A DNA stretch of 64,000 nt from an uncultured Candidatus Binatia bacterium (GCA_965218425.1 OZ244621.1:1-64000); one strand, 5' to 3'. Shown: positions 10,582 to 20,100, numbered from the stretch's first letter. Translations and numbers: made by a program. Notes: generated by a model not told the origin, from the sequence alone.

Positions 10582-10658
10582 GGCGGTGTAGCTCAGATGG
10601 TCAGAGCACGCGGCTCATATCCGCGGCGCCGTAGGTTCGATTCCTACCACCGCCACCA
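10582..10658 (+). tRNA. tRNA-Met (CAT), elongator type
   Basis: Acceptor stem GGCGGTG/CACCGCC, anticodon arm CGCGG-CTCATAT-CCGCG, GTTCGATTC T-loop, encoded CCA. Paired G1-C72 argues against initiator; G4/G5 argues against Ile2. Confidence 0.9.
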
Positions 10659-10674
10659 TGATTTTCCCTCCGTT

Positions 10675-10780
10675 TCAGACCGAAACCACCTGGCTCTGGT
10701 AGCAGACGCCTGTCATGCCCTGGGGGGACGCCATCGGGAACGCCCGGTGGGCTCGCTAGCCGATTTGAGCACATTCAGCT
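10675..10780 (+). pseudogene. Internal fragment of a DegT/DnrJ/EryC1/StrS (PseC-like) aminotransferase
   Basis: Reads RNHLALVADACHALGGRHRERPVGSLADLSTFS, the PLP-binding segment of this family; no start codon or C-terminus. Confidence 0.65.
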
Positions 10781-10814
10781 TAGGGTTGCTTGTGTCAAGG
10801 GGATAAACGCCAAA

Positions 10815-12122
10815 TTAAATGATCCCCAAAATCCTGGGCAGCCATAGAACCAGCATCGGAAAAATGACTAGGATGATGAGCCGGGCGATGTCGGCCACAA
10901 AAAAAGGCATGATCCCGGCAAAGATCGTCGGGAGAGATTCTTCTCTTGCCATGCCGTGTATGACGAATACGTTGATACCGATGGGGGGCGTGATGAGGCC
11001 GGTTTCGATGACCATCACATTGATGATGCCCCACCAAATCGGGTCGTAACCGAGTTCAAGGATCAAGGGGAACACGAAGGGCAAGGTGATGATCATGGCA
11101 GCGACAGTCTCAAAGACGCTGCCAAGAATCAGATACATCAACAACAAGCCAAAGATCACCAACAGCGCAGGCAAGTTGAAAGATGTGATCCATCCAACCA
11201 TTGCTTCCGGCAGTCCCGAAAGAGTGATGGAAAAGGTAAAGATGGAAGCGCCCATCAGCAAAAGATAGATCATTCCTGTGTTAGCAGCTGTGTCCAGGAG
11301 CACTTCCCAGAGTGTTTTCCACGTCAGCTTGCGGCGAAAAACCGTAAACAAAAAGGCGGTTCCTGCCCCCACGGCCGCTGCCTCGGAGACTGTGAAGATG
11401 CCACCATACAGTCCACCTAGCACGAGAAAGGCGAGTAGGAGAACTCCCCATGACCGGCCTATGGCGGCCACTTGTTCCCTCCAGGAGAGCCGTGCGCCGC
11501 AGGGTCCGGCTTCTGGATGCAGTCGCACGTAAATGGCGATGGCCAGGCTGTAAAAAATCACAGTGATTATCCCTGGGACAATCGCACCGATGAATAGGGC
11601 AATAATAAATTGCTCGGTCAGAAAACCATAAAGCACCATGATGATCGATGGAGGAATTAACATGCCCAGGGTACCGCCGGCGGCGATGGAGCCAGTGGCC
11701 AGTTTCGAGGAGTACTGGCGCTCCAACATTTCGGGCAGCGCCACGCGGGTCATCGTGGCTACCGTGGCAATGGACGAGCCGCAAACGGCGCCGAACCCCG
11801 CACATCCACCGATCGTCGCCATGGCCAAGCCGCCTCGATAATGACCGACCAGGGCGAAGGCGAGGCGGTAGATGTCGGCGGATAAGCCTGCCGCGGACGA
11901 AAAAGCTCCCATGAGAAGAAAAAGGGGGATTACACCGATGTCGAGGTTAGATATCACGCTGGCTGGCTGACTCCCAAAGAGCGTGACCCCGACATTTAAG
12001 CTCTGCAAGGCTGAATAGCTGAGAAGGCCAGCCATGGCCATGGCGACACCCACCGGCACGTGGAAGGCTATCAATATGAAGATACCCAGCAATCCGAGAA
12101 TACCAATTAACAGTGGATCCAT
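10815..12122 (-). CDS. dctM: TRAP transporter large permease
   Basis: IPLFLLMG, GAVCGSSIAT, AAGGTLGMLIPPS, GLITPPIGINVF. Confidence 0.92.
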   Translation of the reverse strand: MDPLLIGILGLLGIFILIAFHVPVGVAMAMAGLLSYSALQSLNVGVTLFGSQPASVISNLDIGVIPLFLLMGAFSSAAGLSADIYRLAFALVGHYRGGLAMATIGGCAGFGAVCGSSIATVATMTRVALPEMLERQYSSKLATGSIAAGGTLGMLIPPSIIMVLYGFLTEQFIIALFIGAIVPGIITVIFYSLAIAIYVRLHPEAGPCGARLSWREQVAAIGRSWGVLLLAFLVLGGLYGGIFTVSEAAAVGAGTAFLFTVFRRKLTWKTLWEVLLDTAANTGMIYLLLMGASIFTFSITLSGLPEAMVGWITSFNLPALLVIFGLLLMYLILGSVFETVAAMIITLPFVFPLILELGYDPIWWGIINVMVIETGLITPPIGINVFVIHGMAREESLPTIFAGIMPFFVADIARLIILVIFPMLVLWLPRILGII

Positions 12123-12160
12123 GGGAGCTTCTCAGGAATGGTCGTCGCCGCCGGCCCGTA

Positions 12161-12694
12161 TCATAACTCTGGGATGTCCGCGAAGCCCTGTTCGGCTATC
12201 CTGCCGGTCACGGCCTTAACGAAATCAGAAAGCACAATTAGACCTTGCAAGGGAACGCAGGAAGTCATCATAGCGGTGGTGACCCACCACCAAGGTGCCA
12301 TAGCAAATTGAATTACCCAGGTGTGTTCCCCCGCGGCCTGCATGTCAGCGGTGTGGAGGATAAACTGCCAGGTCACGAGAATCAAAAATAGAAGAAATAC
12401 CAAAGAACCGAAGCACTCTAGCCAGATCTCCCCACGGGGACCTAGCGCTTTACCCAGAAATCGGATCGTGACGTGGCGGCGCTGGAGTACGGCGATGGGA
12501 AAACAAGTGGACACGATGACCGGCAACAACAGCTGTGATATGTCCAGGACTCCTGCGTAGGGCGCGTTGAACAGCCCACGCATGATCACATCACTGAGAA
12601 TGAACAGGGTAAGGATCAGGAGAAGGATCAGGCCAAAAAAGGCGACCCACCGGGTGAAGATGGTGAACCACCTTTCGAGGCTAAACCATTGCAT
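12161..12694 (-). CDS. dctQ: TRAP transporter small permease
   Basis: Four TM segments, DVIMR, HVTI; lies between dctP and dctM. Confidence 0.85.
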   Translation of the reverse strand: MQWFSLERWFTIFTRWVAFFGLILLLILTLFILSDVIMRGLFNAPYAGVLDISQLLLPVIVSTCFPIAVLQRRHVTIRFLGKALGPRGEIWLECFGSLVFLLFLILVTWQFILHTADMQAAGEHTWVIQFAMAPWWWVTTAMMTSCVPLQGLIVLSDFVKAVTGRIAEQGFADIPEL

Positions 12695-12720
12695 CTAGCT
12701 TTCCTGAGGATGAAGTATTT

Positions 12721-13716
12721 TTAGTTACCTTTTCGGATTTCGGCGAGAATTGAGACAAGGGCGTCGTATCGTTTGGCTCCGTACTTGGCCTTCCACTGTG
12801 TGTGCAGAGGTTTGAACAAGGATTCCATTTCCCGCTGCTCCGCTGTGGTTGGGGCGAGTACGATATGTTTTGAATCCGCCTGGTACCGCTTGATGTACTT
12901 CTGTCGTGCGCCGTCGAAAGTATTGCCATGGAACCGTGATAGCAGGGGGCCACTCCTGTCCATGACGGATTTGGCCTTTGGGGAGAGTTTCTCGTATTGC
13001 CCCTTATTCATAGCGAACGCGAGGGTTGTCATCCCGAGGGGAGCGTTATAGTGGTATTTTGTCACTTGGATGATTCGGAAAGGAATTAGCGCAGTCCATG
13101 GAATAATGGCGCCGTCCACAACTCTTCGACTGATGTTTTCCGCAATCTGCGTCACTGGCTTTCCCACGGGGACTGCTCCGAGTGCCCTTGCAATGTCGTT
13201 CTGAATCCTGCCCCCGGTGCGAAGCTTCATCCCCTTCACGTCTCGATAGGAACGAATGGGCTTTGCCATGTGCAAGTTATAAACATCTAAAGTGAAAAGC
13301 CCTAAGAGTTTCACTTCCTCAAAACCCCTGATCATTCCCCTCTCGTACATCCTCCAAATGGCCTTGGACCCCTCCCTCGAGCTGGGTACTAAGCCCGGAA
13401 GCTGGACCACGGAGAGATCGGGAAACCGGGCAGGCGTGTAACTTGGGACTGCAAAGGTGATGTCTTGCACTCCATCCTTGAGCAGCTTGAGCTGCTGTAC
13501 TGGGTCTGGCCCCAGGGCACCCCCGGGATACAGCTTGATGTTGATTTCGTTGCCTACTTGATCATGGACCCATTTTGTCCATGGGTCGATAACACCCTTC
13601 CCAATGATGCCTAGCGGAGAAAACAAACCAAACTTGAGCTCGACAGGCGCCCCAACTGCGGTGGTGGACCCGGAAACGATGGCAGCAGCGATTAATGCGG
13701 AAATCATGCGGATCAC
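12721..13716 (-). CDS. dctP: TRAP transporter substrate-binding protein
   Basis: Signal peptide, LYPGGALG, DVKGMKLRT, LGAVPV, VVDG. Confidence 0.88.
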   Translation of the reverse strand: MIRMISALIAAAIVSGSTTAVGAPVELKFGLFSPLGIIGKGVIDPWTKWVHDQVGNEINIKLYPGGALGPDPVQQLKLLKDGVQDITFAVPSYTPARFPDLSVVQLPGLVPSSREGSKAIWRMYERGMIRGFEEVKLLGLFTLDVYNLHMAKPIRSYRDVKGMKLRTGGRIQNDIARALGAVPVGKPVTQIAENISRRVVDGAIIPWTALIPFRIIQVTKYHYNAPLGMTTLAFAMNKGQYEKLSPKAKSVMDRSGPLLSRFHGNTFDGARQKYIKRYQADSKHIVLAPTTAEQREMESLFKPLHTQWKAKYGAKRYDALVSILAEIRKGN

Positions 13717-13875
13717 GGTGATACCTCCGTCTTTTTATCTAATTTGCCTTGTAAATCCGATCACATGCCTCGGATGGAACCTGTGGGACCCCCAAGATCC
13801 AAACTCGAGAACTCTCAAGAAAAGTTGGTAAACTCCGAAAGAGTCTCTTCGGTTGGCTTGATCGATTATAGGTTT

Positions 13876-15393
13876 TTAGTCTTGTTCAAGGAGTGGGCTA
13901 ACCGAACGGCGTTGCTCGAGAAAGAGTTCCCCCTTGGAAGCCGCGCTGGAATAGCTCTGAATATTCTCTAGCCAACTCTTGGTTTTAATCCTCATGTAAG
14001 GCGAGGTGTAGCCATTCAAAAGCCGCTCGATTCTGCCTGGCTTGGAATAGTACTCCTGATGGGCCCAAGCCGTTAGTTTTCCTAGATCTTCTCTGGATAA
14101 ATGTTTGGTGCGGCAAACGGGGTGATGGGCGTCCCAGTACCTTAGGTCCGGTTCCTCGATGGCTCCCAGTTTTGTATATTCGCGCCAGAAAGGGGATCCA
14201 ACGTTGGGATGGAAGACTCCAACGGCAGCAAAATCCGGGTCGGCTTGATCCACAAACGCGAACCGATCTTTGATGGCTTTTTCATCGTCCTCCCAGAGGC
14301 CCACCATCCAAGTCCCAACGGTGGCGATATCGTTCTCGCGCAGACCTCGAATGGCCGACTTGACGTCGTTGATGGTGATTCCTTTATGAAGCCATTTCAA
14401 CTCTTCGTCTGAAGAAACCTCGATGCCCAAGAGGACTTGGAAACAACCAGCTTTTCTCATGAGGGGGAAGATATCCGCATCCCGAACGAAATGACGCGCA
14501 AGGCCTAGGAAACACCACTCGATGGTGAGTTTCCTTTCGATAATTTCATTACAAAGCTCAATCATACGCTCGCGATCCACATTGAAATTTTCGTCAAAGA
14601 AAAAGGCCACCTTGGCGTGGTAGGTTTTCTCTAGCAGTTGCAGTTCTTCGGCCACCTTCTTCCCCGACCTCGCCCGCCAATTGGACATGTCCTTTCCGGC
14701 CTGGCGCGAGTCGAACTTTGACCATACCCAGCAAAATTTACACAGCTCTGGACAGCCCCTGCTGGTTATGGGTTCAACGTAAGGTTGGATATAGGTGAAC
14801 CCAGTGTATTCATTCATGGGGAAGAGGTCGTAGGCCGGCATGGGAAGCTCATCAAGATCCTCGATTAAGGGCCGTCTTTCCGTAACCACTACCTCATTGG
14901 ACCCTTGATCCCTATAGGCAAGGCCCTTGATTCCCCTTAAATTCGGCTTCTCCTTTTGGAGTTCCGTGGTTAACTCTTTGAAGGTATATTCCCCCTCCCC
15001 ATTGAGAACGAAATCTACTTCGGAATGCTCTTGCAGAACCTCACGGGGAATGGCGGGAAAGTAAACTCCCCCCACCACGTTTTTCACATGAGGCAGCTTC
15101 TCTTTGACCTTCTCCATGGCCTTATAGAGGTTCGGCACGAAGGCGACACCACCGTTGGCATGAATGGGCTCTCCTAGGTAAACCAAGTCCGGCGAGGCAA
15201 CTTTGACTCTGTCGGCCAAATTATCCCATTTGATATCCTGGGCCGTACAGTCCAGTACTACCACATCCACGGGATCGCCAAATTTTTTATCCCTTAAAAA
15301 GGCGGCAAGCTGAGCATGGACAGAATTCGGAACGAAATGCTTCCCAAAGGTAGACCAACTCCCCCTCGGGGGTGTCAGGAAAAGGACTTTCAT
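13876..15393 (-). CDS. Cobalamin-binding radical SAM protein (BchE-like architecture)
   Basis: N-terminal B12-binding domain (VVGG, DFVLNGEGE), SRGCPELCKFC CxxxCxxC motif, FDENF, LGIE. Confidence 0.85.
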   Translation of the reverse strand: MKVLFLTPPRGSWSTFGKHFVPNSVHAQLAAFLRDKKFGDPVDVVVLDCTAQDIKWDNLADRVKVASPDLVYLGEPIHANGGVAFVPNLYKAMEKVKEKLPHVKNVVGGVYFPAIPREVLQEHSEVDFVLNGEGEYTFKELTTELQKEKPNLRGIKGLAYRDQGSNEVVVTERRPLIEDLDELPMPAYDLFPMNEYTGFTYIQPYVEPITSRGCPELCKFCWVWSKFDSRQAGKDMSNWRARSGKKVAEELQLLEKTYHAKVAFFFDENFNVDRERMIELCNEIIERKLTIEWCFLGLARHFVRDADIFPLMRKAGCFQVLLGIEVSSDEELKWLHKGITINDVKSAIRGLRENDIATVGTWMVGLWEDDEKAIKDRFAFVDQADPDFAAVGVFHPNVGSPFWREYTKLGAIEEPDLRYWDAHHPVCRTKHLSREDLGKLTAWAHQEYYSKPGRIERLLNGYTSPYMRIKTKSWLENIQSYSSAASKGELFLEQRRSVSPLLEQD

Positions 15394-15490
15394 CTATAAC
15401 TCTCCTCTCAAATCAAGCTGAATTCTGGGACCAAGAGATTCCTTACTTACTCAAGGAAGGGGCGAAACCCAACAAAAGGAAGGTATCTTA

Positions 15491-15503
15491 GTTAACAGTT
15501 AAC
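15491..15503. promoter_or_regulatory. Palindromic operator candidate GTTAAC-A-GTTAAC
   Basis: Perfect 6-1-6 palindrome in the divergent promoter region. Confidence 0.4.
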
Positions 15504-15652
15504 ACGAGAAATATGTATATTGGAAGAAACGCATCCTGTCAAGGGAAAAAGACCACTTGAGTTTTCCATAGCTTATAGGGCTGTTGACATCCCCCCATGT
15601 GGCTCAATAGACTGCCCCCTCGCGGTGCTGCACGGAAAAGGAGGAATTCGAG

Positions 15653-16714
15653 ATGGCCACTAATTACAGAGTTTTCGATGCGGATGGGCATGTGTATGAG
15701 CTGGACCATGAGCTGGTGAACTATTTGGAGCATCCCTATCAAGGGAGAAGGGAGCTGCTGAGGATACCCCTTTTCCCCACCGGGGACGGTTGGCATCGCA
15801 TGGCCTTGAGCTTGGCCCGCGGTGGTGGCTTGGTGAGTGGTGAGATCACAGTGGAAAAATGGGTTGGAGCGCTGGACCAGGCGGGCATGGATGGCTCGGT
15901 TCTTTACGCCACTTCGGGGCTGGCCATCGGACTGGTGAGGGACCAGGATTGGGCGGTGGCTCTGGCCAGGGGATACAACAACTGGCTGTCCGAGTGTCTG
16001 CTAAAAAAGAGTCCAAGGCTCAAAGGGATGGCTGTGCTCCCCATGCAGAGCCCTTCTGAAGCGGTCAGTGAATTGCGTAGAGCGGTGACTCAACTGGGTA
16101 TGGTTGGGGGTATCTTGCCCGGGGGAGGCCTCAGAAGTTTCCTTGGGGACTCTTCATACTTTCCTGTCTACGAGGCGGCTCAGGAACTGGATACCGTGCT
16201 GACCGTACACACCGCGTTTCCCCAAAAGGGTCTCGCTTTTGATCTCGACCAGTTGGACCGATTGACGGACCTTCGTTGCCTTCTCCACCCCGTGGGCCAG
16301 ATGACTCAGATAACGAACATGATCTTCAGTGGGGTATTCGACCGTTTCCCGCGTTTACGAGTGGCCTTCCTGGAGGCAGGGTCGGCCTGGGTTCTCGGCA
16401 TGCTGGAGAGGTTGCAACGTGAATATGAACATTGGGGCCATCTGTTGAAGGATATGAAACAGGAACCCAAGGAACATCTAAGGAGTGGGCGTATCTTCTT
16501 TGAAGCGGAATTGAGTGACGAGATGTTACCTTACATCGTGAAGGTACTAGGAGACCAAGGCCTCGTGTTTGCTTCTGACTTTCCTCACTTCACCTCACCT
16601 GAGGGGATTGCAAAGCATATATTGGATTTCCAGCAACGCACCGACCTGTCTGAACAGACCAAAAGAAAAATCCTTGGCGAGAACGCTAAGCGACTTTATA
16701 AGATCGAGCCATAG
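15653..16714 (+). CDS. Amidohydrolase_2 family protein
   Basis: FDADGH, GYNNWL, FDRFPRLRVAFLEAG, FASDFPH, LGENAKRLY. Confidence 0.88.
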   Translation: MATNYRVFDADGHVYELDHELVNYLEHPYQGRRELLRIPLFPTGDGWHRMALSLARGGGLVSGEITVEKWVGALDQAGMDGSVLYATSGLAIGLVRDQDWAVALARGYNNWLSECLLKKSPRLKGMAVLPMQSPSEAVSELRRAVTQLGMVGGILPGGGLRSFLGDSSYFPVYEAAQELDTVLTVHTAFPQKGLAFDLDQLDRLTDLRCLLHPVGQMTQITNMIFSGVFDRFPRLRVAFLEAGSAWVLGMLERLQREYEHWGHLLKDMKQEPKEHLRSGRIFFEAELSDEMLPYIVKVLGDQGLVFASDFPHFTSPEGIAKHILDFQQRTDLSEQTKRKILGENAKRLYKIEP

Positions 16715-16737
16715 CATGCCTCCTACCTACCTTGCAG

Positions 16738-17457
16738 CTAAGGCCAACGCCCGCGTTGGGAGGGGAACTGCCTCCAGAAATCCTCAAAGGCCTGAGGTCC
16801 CGCCCGGTTGTATACCCTACGGTGTACTGCCTGATCCGGTTCATGTTCGATTAGTCGCTCTGAATAACTAATGTGTGAAACCCGATCTGGATTGGCTGAG
16901 AGGCGGTCCCATACGAAGAGCTCATTTAGATAGTGCCTTAGGTCCGGTGGATCCGCAATGGTGCTCCGATACGCGAGTTGGCCATCCCGATGTATGACGA
17001 ACAGAGAAGTGGGCCAGGGACCATAGCTTCGATGGATGCTTCCCTCCAAACTGTCCACCAGGATCGGGAATTTCACGTTTTCCGCTTCCCGAAGGTCTCT
17101 TGCGTGTAAAAGCTTTTGATCCATGGAGGTATGGTGTAGGTAGTGCTCGCCAGGGTGAGATTCTTTGACGTAGAGCAGATAAAAATTGATTCCATGTTCG
17201 CCAAAGTCTGCAAAAATCTGATTCATCCCTGGGATAACGGCGGCACACATTGGACTCGTAATGGACCCCATCATGAGTACAACGTGGCCTTGATCACGAA
17301 GATCACGGAGTCGCACCGTCTCACCGTCCAAGACTTGTGCCTCAAACTCAGGTGCCATCTCCCCGACCCTAACCGGTATCGTCTCCCCCAGCCGCGCGGG
17401 ATCGGGCAATTTGATTCTAAAATCAGGAGTGTTGTATGTCTGTGTTTGGTTTGCCAT
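16738..17457 (-). CDS. Iodothyronine deiodinase-like thioredoxin-fold protein
   Basis: GEMAPEF, VLMMGSITSPMC, LLYVKESHP, ILVDSLEG..HRSYGPWP. Confidence 0.7.
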   Translation of the reverse strand: MANQTQTYNTPDFRIKLPDPARLGETIPVRVGEMAPEFEAQVLDGETVRLRDLRDQGHVVLMMGSITSPMCAAVIPGMNQIFADFGEHGINFYLLYVKESHPGEHYLHHTSMDQKLLHARDLREAENVKFPILVDSLEGSIHRSYGPWPTSLFVIHRDGQLAYRSTIADPPDLRHYLNELFVWDRLSANPDRVSHISYSERLIEHEPDQAVHRRVYNRAGPQAFEDFWRQFPSQRGRWP

Positions 17458-18046
17458 CCTTTGACCTCCTCAATGGATCAAAACCTTTGCTTATCCGACT
17501 TTGATTCGCTGGTGCAACCGGTGGAAAGTGTTGAATCTGATTCTAAGGTGCTGATTTCGGCCATGGCTAACACCGGCCATATTATCTGTCAATGGTAATA
17601 GCCAGGTGGTAGTGGCTCGTTAATCGCCTGCTTAGCCTACGCTAAACGGATACCCTCCATGAGGCCCAAAAAACGGGCACAGCGGGGTGGATAAGCAAGC
17701 TACTATATTTGACAACTCCTTGCCTCCAGGTAATCGTTTTTGTTGTTATCGCATCGATCTTGACACTCCTATATCCAAATCTTTGGGGTTATTTAGCCAG
17801 GAGCGAGGGTGTTTCGTTTGGATTTGGTGCAGGCCTTTGCCTGTTCATGGCTAGATTAGCTGTTTCGAAAGAAACCAGGGGTCAAAACCATTGGCGGAGT
17901 ACTGGAGTATTTGAAGGTTCACTTAATTCCGGATGAAACATACGAATTGAAGACCATGGCGTGGCCTGATCCATCGGAGGACTAAAACCCCCTAGGGTCA
18001 TTGGGATCCTGGCTCACCCTTGCATTCATTCATTGGATGAAGAGAA

Positions 18047-19363
18047 TTAACCCTTTAGGGATCTTTCCAGAGTCTCGATGGCAGACTGCATGAAAGGATC
18101 GCCTTTCATTCTCTCCTCAATAATCTTCGAGGCATGAATCACAGTGGAGTGATCCCTGCTGCCGAATTTATCTCCAATGACGGGAAATGAGGCGGAAGTG
18201 TGCTTTCGGCAGAGGTACATGGCCATCTGACGCGGCAATGCGATGTTTTTGGTCCGTCTTTTTGACTTCAACTCTCCCATCTTGAGACTAAAGTGCTCGC
18301 AAATTGCCTTCTGGATATTTTCTACGGTGACCTCCCTGTGGAGCCCTCGCAGTACGTTGCGGAGAACTTCCTTGGCTAGGTTGATAGTAATTTCAGTTTT
18401 AGTAAGGGCGGAGAATGCACCCAAGCGCGTGAGGGAACCCTCTAACTCTCTGACATTGGAGTTGATGTGCGATGCAATGAAAACAGCAACGTCGTGGGGA
18501 AGTGGGATCTGTTCCATCTCGGCCTTTTTGTGCAGGATCGCCACCCTGGTCTCCATGTCAGGGGGTTGAATGTCGGATATGAGTCCCCACTCGAAACGGT
18601 TCCGAAGACGGTCCTCAAGTCCCTGGATTTCTTTGGGAAATCGATCAGAAGTCATGACGATCTGTTTGTGTTTTTCGTAAATGGAGTTGAAGGTATGAAA
18701 AAACTCCTCCTGAGTTCTCTCCTTGCCGGCCAGAAACTGGACGTCGTCGAGGATGAGTACATCAATATTCCGAAATCGGGCCTTGAATTTATCCATTCTA
18801 TCCCTGCGCAACGAGGCGATCAGCTCGTTCATGAAAGATTCTGAAGGCAGGTAAGCCACTTTGAGATGGGGGTTCTTGGCCAGAACAGTATGTCCAATGG
18901 CGTTCACCAGATGGGTTTTGCCGAGCCCAACATCGCCATAGAGAAACAATGGGTTATAGTACTGCCCTGGTTGATTGGCGACGGCGAGACAGGAGGCATG
19001 GGCAAACTGATTCGGGGTACCCACGACAAAATTCTCAAAGGTATACCTGGGAATGAGGCCGTTGGGCTCCACGGGTTTGGTCTTCGGCGGTTCGTGAAGC
19101 TTATTGGGTTTAATGGATTGTTGTATTTGTGGGTTGATGGAGACTGTGAGGCTAACCGTTTCATGGGCTAGCGTGGATAGTTCATCCTGGATGGTGGAGA
19201 GAAAGTGCTCCTCCAACCAGTCCCGGAAAAATTTACTGGGGACTTCCATGGCAAAATGATTGTTATCCTCTTTTACAATGTGGATGGGCTTTATCCAAGT
19301 TTCAAAATTATGGGAGTCGAGTAGATTCTCAAGCCGTTTTAATGCGTCTTGCCACAAACTCAT
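18047..19363 (-). CDS. dnaA: Chromosomal replication initiator DnaA
   Basis: YTFENFVVG, YNPLFLYGDVGLGKTHL, LILDDVQF, TQEEFFHTFN, NVRELEG, RDHSTVIHA. Confidence 0.98.
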   Translation of the reverse strand: MSLWQDALKRLENLLDSHNFETWIKPIHIVKEDNNHFAMEVPSKFFRDWLEEHFLSTIQDELSTLAHETVSLTVSINPQIQQSIKPNKLHEPPKTKPVEPNGLIPRYTFENFVVGTPNQFAHASCLAVANQPGQYYNPLFLYGDVGLGKTHLVNAIGHTVLAKNPHLKVAYLPSESFMNELIASLRRDRMDKFKARFRNIDVLILDDVQFLAGKERTQEEFFHTFNSIYEKHKQIVMTSDRFPKEIQGLEDRLRNRFEWGLISDIQPPDMETRVAILHKKAEMEQIPLPHDVAVFIASHINSNVRELEGSLTRLGAFSALTKTEITINLAKEVLRNVLRGLHREVTVENIQKAICEHFSLKMGELKSKRRTKNIALPRQMAMYLCRKHTSASFPVIGDKFGSRDHSTVIHASKIIEERMKGDPFMQSAIETLERSLKG

Positions 19364-19421
19364 TTTAGCCTCGAATCACTACCTTTAGATTTCCAACCCA
19401 CACTTTAGCAGCATGGCGGAC

Positions 19422-19453
19422 TTATCCACAGACTTATCAACACCTGTGGATAA
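19422..19453. promoter_or_regulatory. Three DnaA boxes upstream of dnaA (autoregulation or oriC)
   Basis: TTATCCACA 19422-19430, TTATCAACA 19434-19442, TGTGGATAA 19445-19453; AT-rich tract follows at about 19530-19690. Confidence 0.8.
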
Positions 19454-20013
19454 CTTGTATTCTGATCTAAGTGCTGCCTTTGAACGCAAAGGGTGAACAA
19501 GAGAGCTTACCGTCCAAAGAGGATGTCAAAAATTGCATTTCCAGTTTTTTAGCTTGATTAACAAGCAACAGCTTTGCTAATAGAAAAATCGCACGAAAAA
19601 AATCCTTAAATCTTTTCCCATATCATTGCAAGAGAAAAATTCTATTTCTGTGAAAATAATTCATTTGAAAAAATTGCTGTAGTTTTAGCTTGATTTGGGA
19701 GCTTGGTGAAACATATTGGGAGTTTTACCAGCGGTGTACCGTCCTGGGCAAGAGTTTTTCTCTGGGAGAAAGACTCGCACTTGCTCTTTGGGTTTAATCC
19801 CATTATATAAACCCTCGCCTGCCATTATTGACGGAATCAGGATCCAGTCATCATGTTCAAGGCGGTTCTTACATCCATTGGTCCCGGTGGGTTGCACTGG
19901 ATCTCCTTTGTCGGCCCGAGGAGCCTTGCTCCTGTCTTGTATTGTAACCTAGTCTCAAATAGACTTGCTCCGACAGGTTTATGATCATTCACTATAATAA
20001 GGTAGAGGTGAGT

Positions 20014-20100
20014 ATGGTTCTTATCCCCGTTGCATTCATAGTTTTATTGCTGGTTCTCATATATTACGCGGCATGGTGGGAGGCCTATAGGAAGAAATGA
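20014..20100 (+). CDS. 28-aa single-TM small protein
   Basis: MVLIPVAFIVLLLVLIYYAAWWEAYRKK; GAGGTG RBS, TATAAT at 19993-19998, ATGA overlap with the next gene. Confidence 0.6.
   Translation: MVLIPVAFIVLLLVLIYYAAWWEAYRKK

Noticed and set aside
15394..15652. Cobalamin riboswitch upstream of the B12-radical-SAM gene
   Set aside because: No B12-box or GGGAA core elements recognised in this short AT-rich region
17240..17275. Selenocysteine in the deiodinase-like protein
   Set aside because: The codon at the Sec position is AGT (Ser), not TGA, and the ORF is uninterrupted
17686..17710. DnaA-trio unwinding element downstream of dnaA (GGTGGATAA GCAAG CTACTATA)
   Set aside because: One degenerate box, in the wrong orientation relative to only about two trios
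17709..17985. Small ORFs downstream of dnaA
   Set aside because: No RBS or recognisable motif; the most protein-like frame (LFRKKPG...PSED) lacks a start codon
10630..18040. Intact tRNA-anchored genomic island
   Set aside because: No duplicate of the tRNA 3' end and no integrase found by eye
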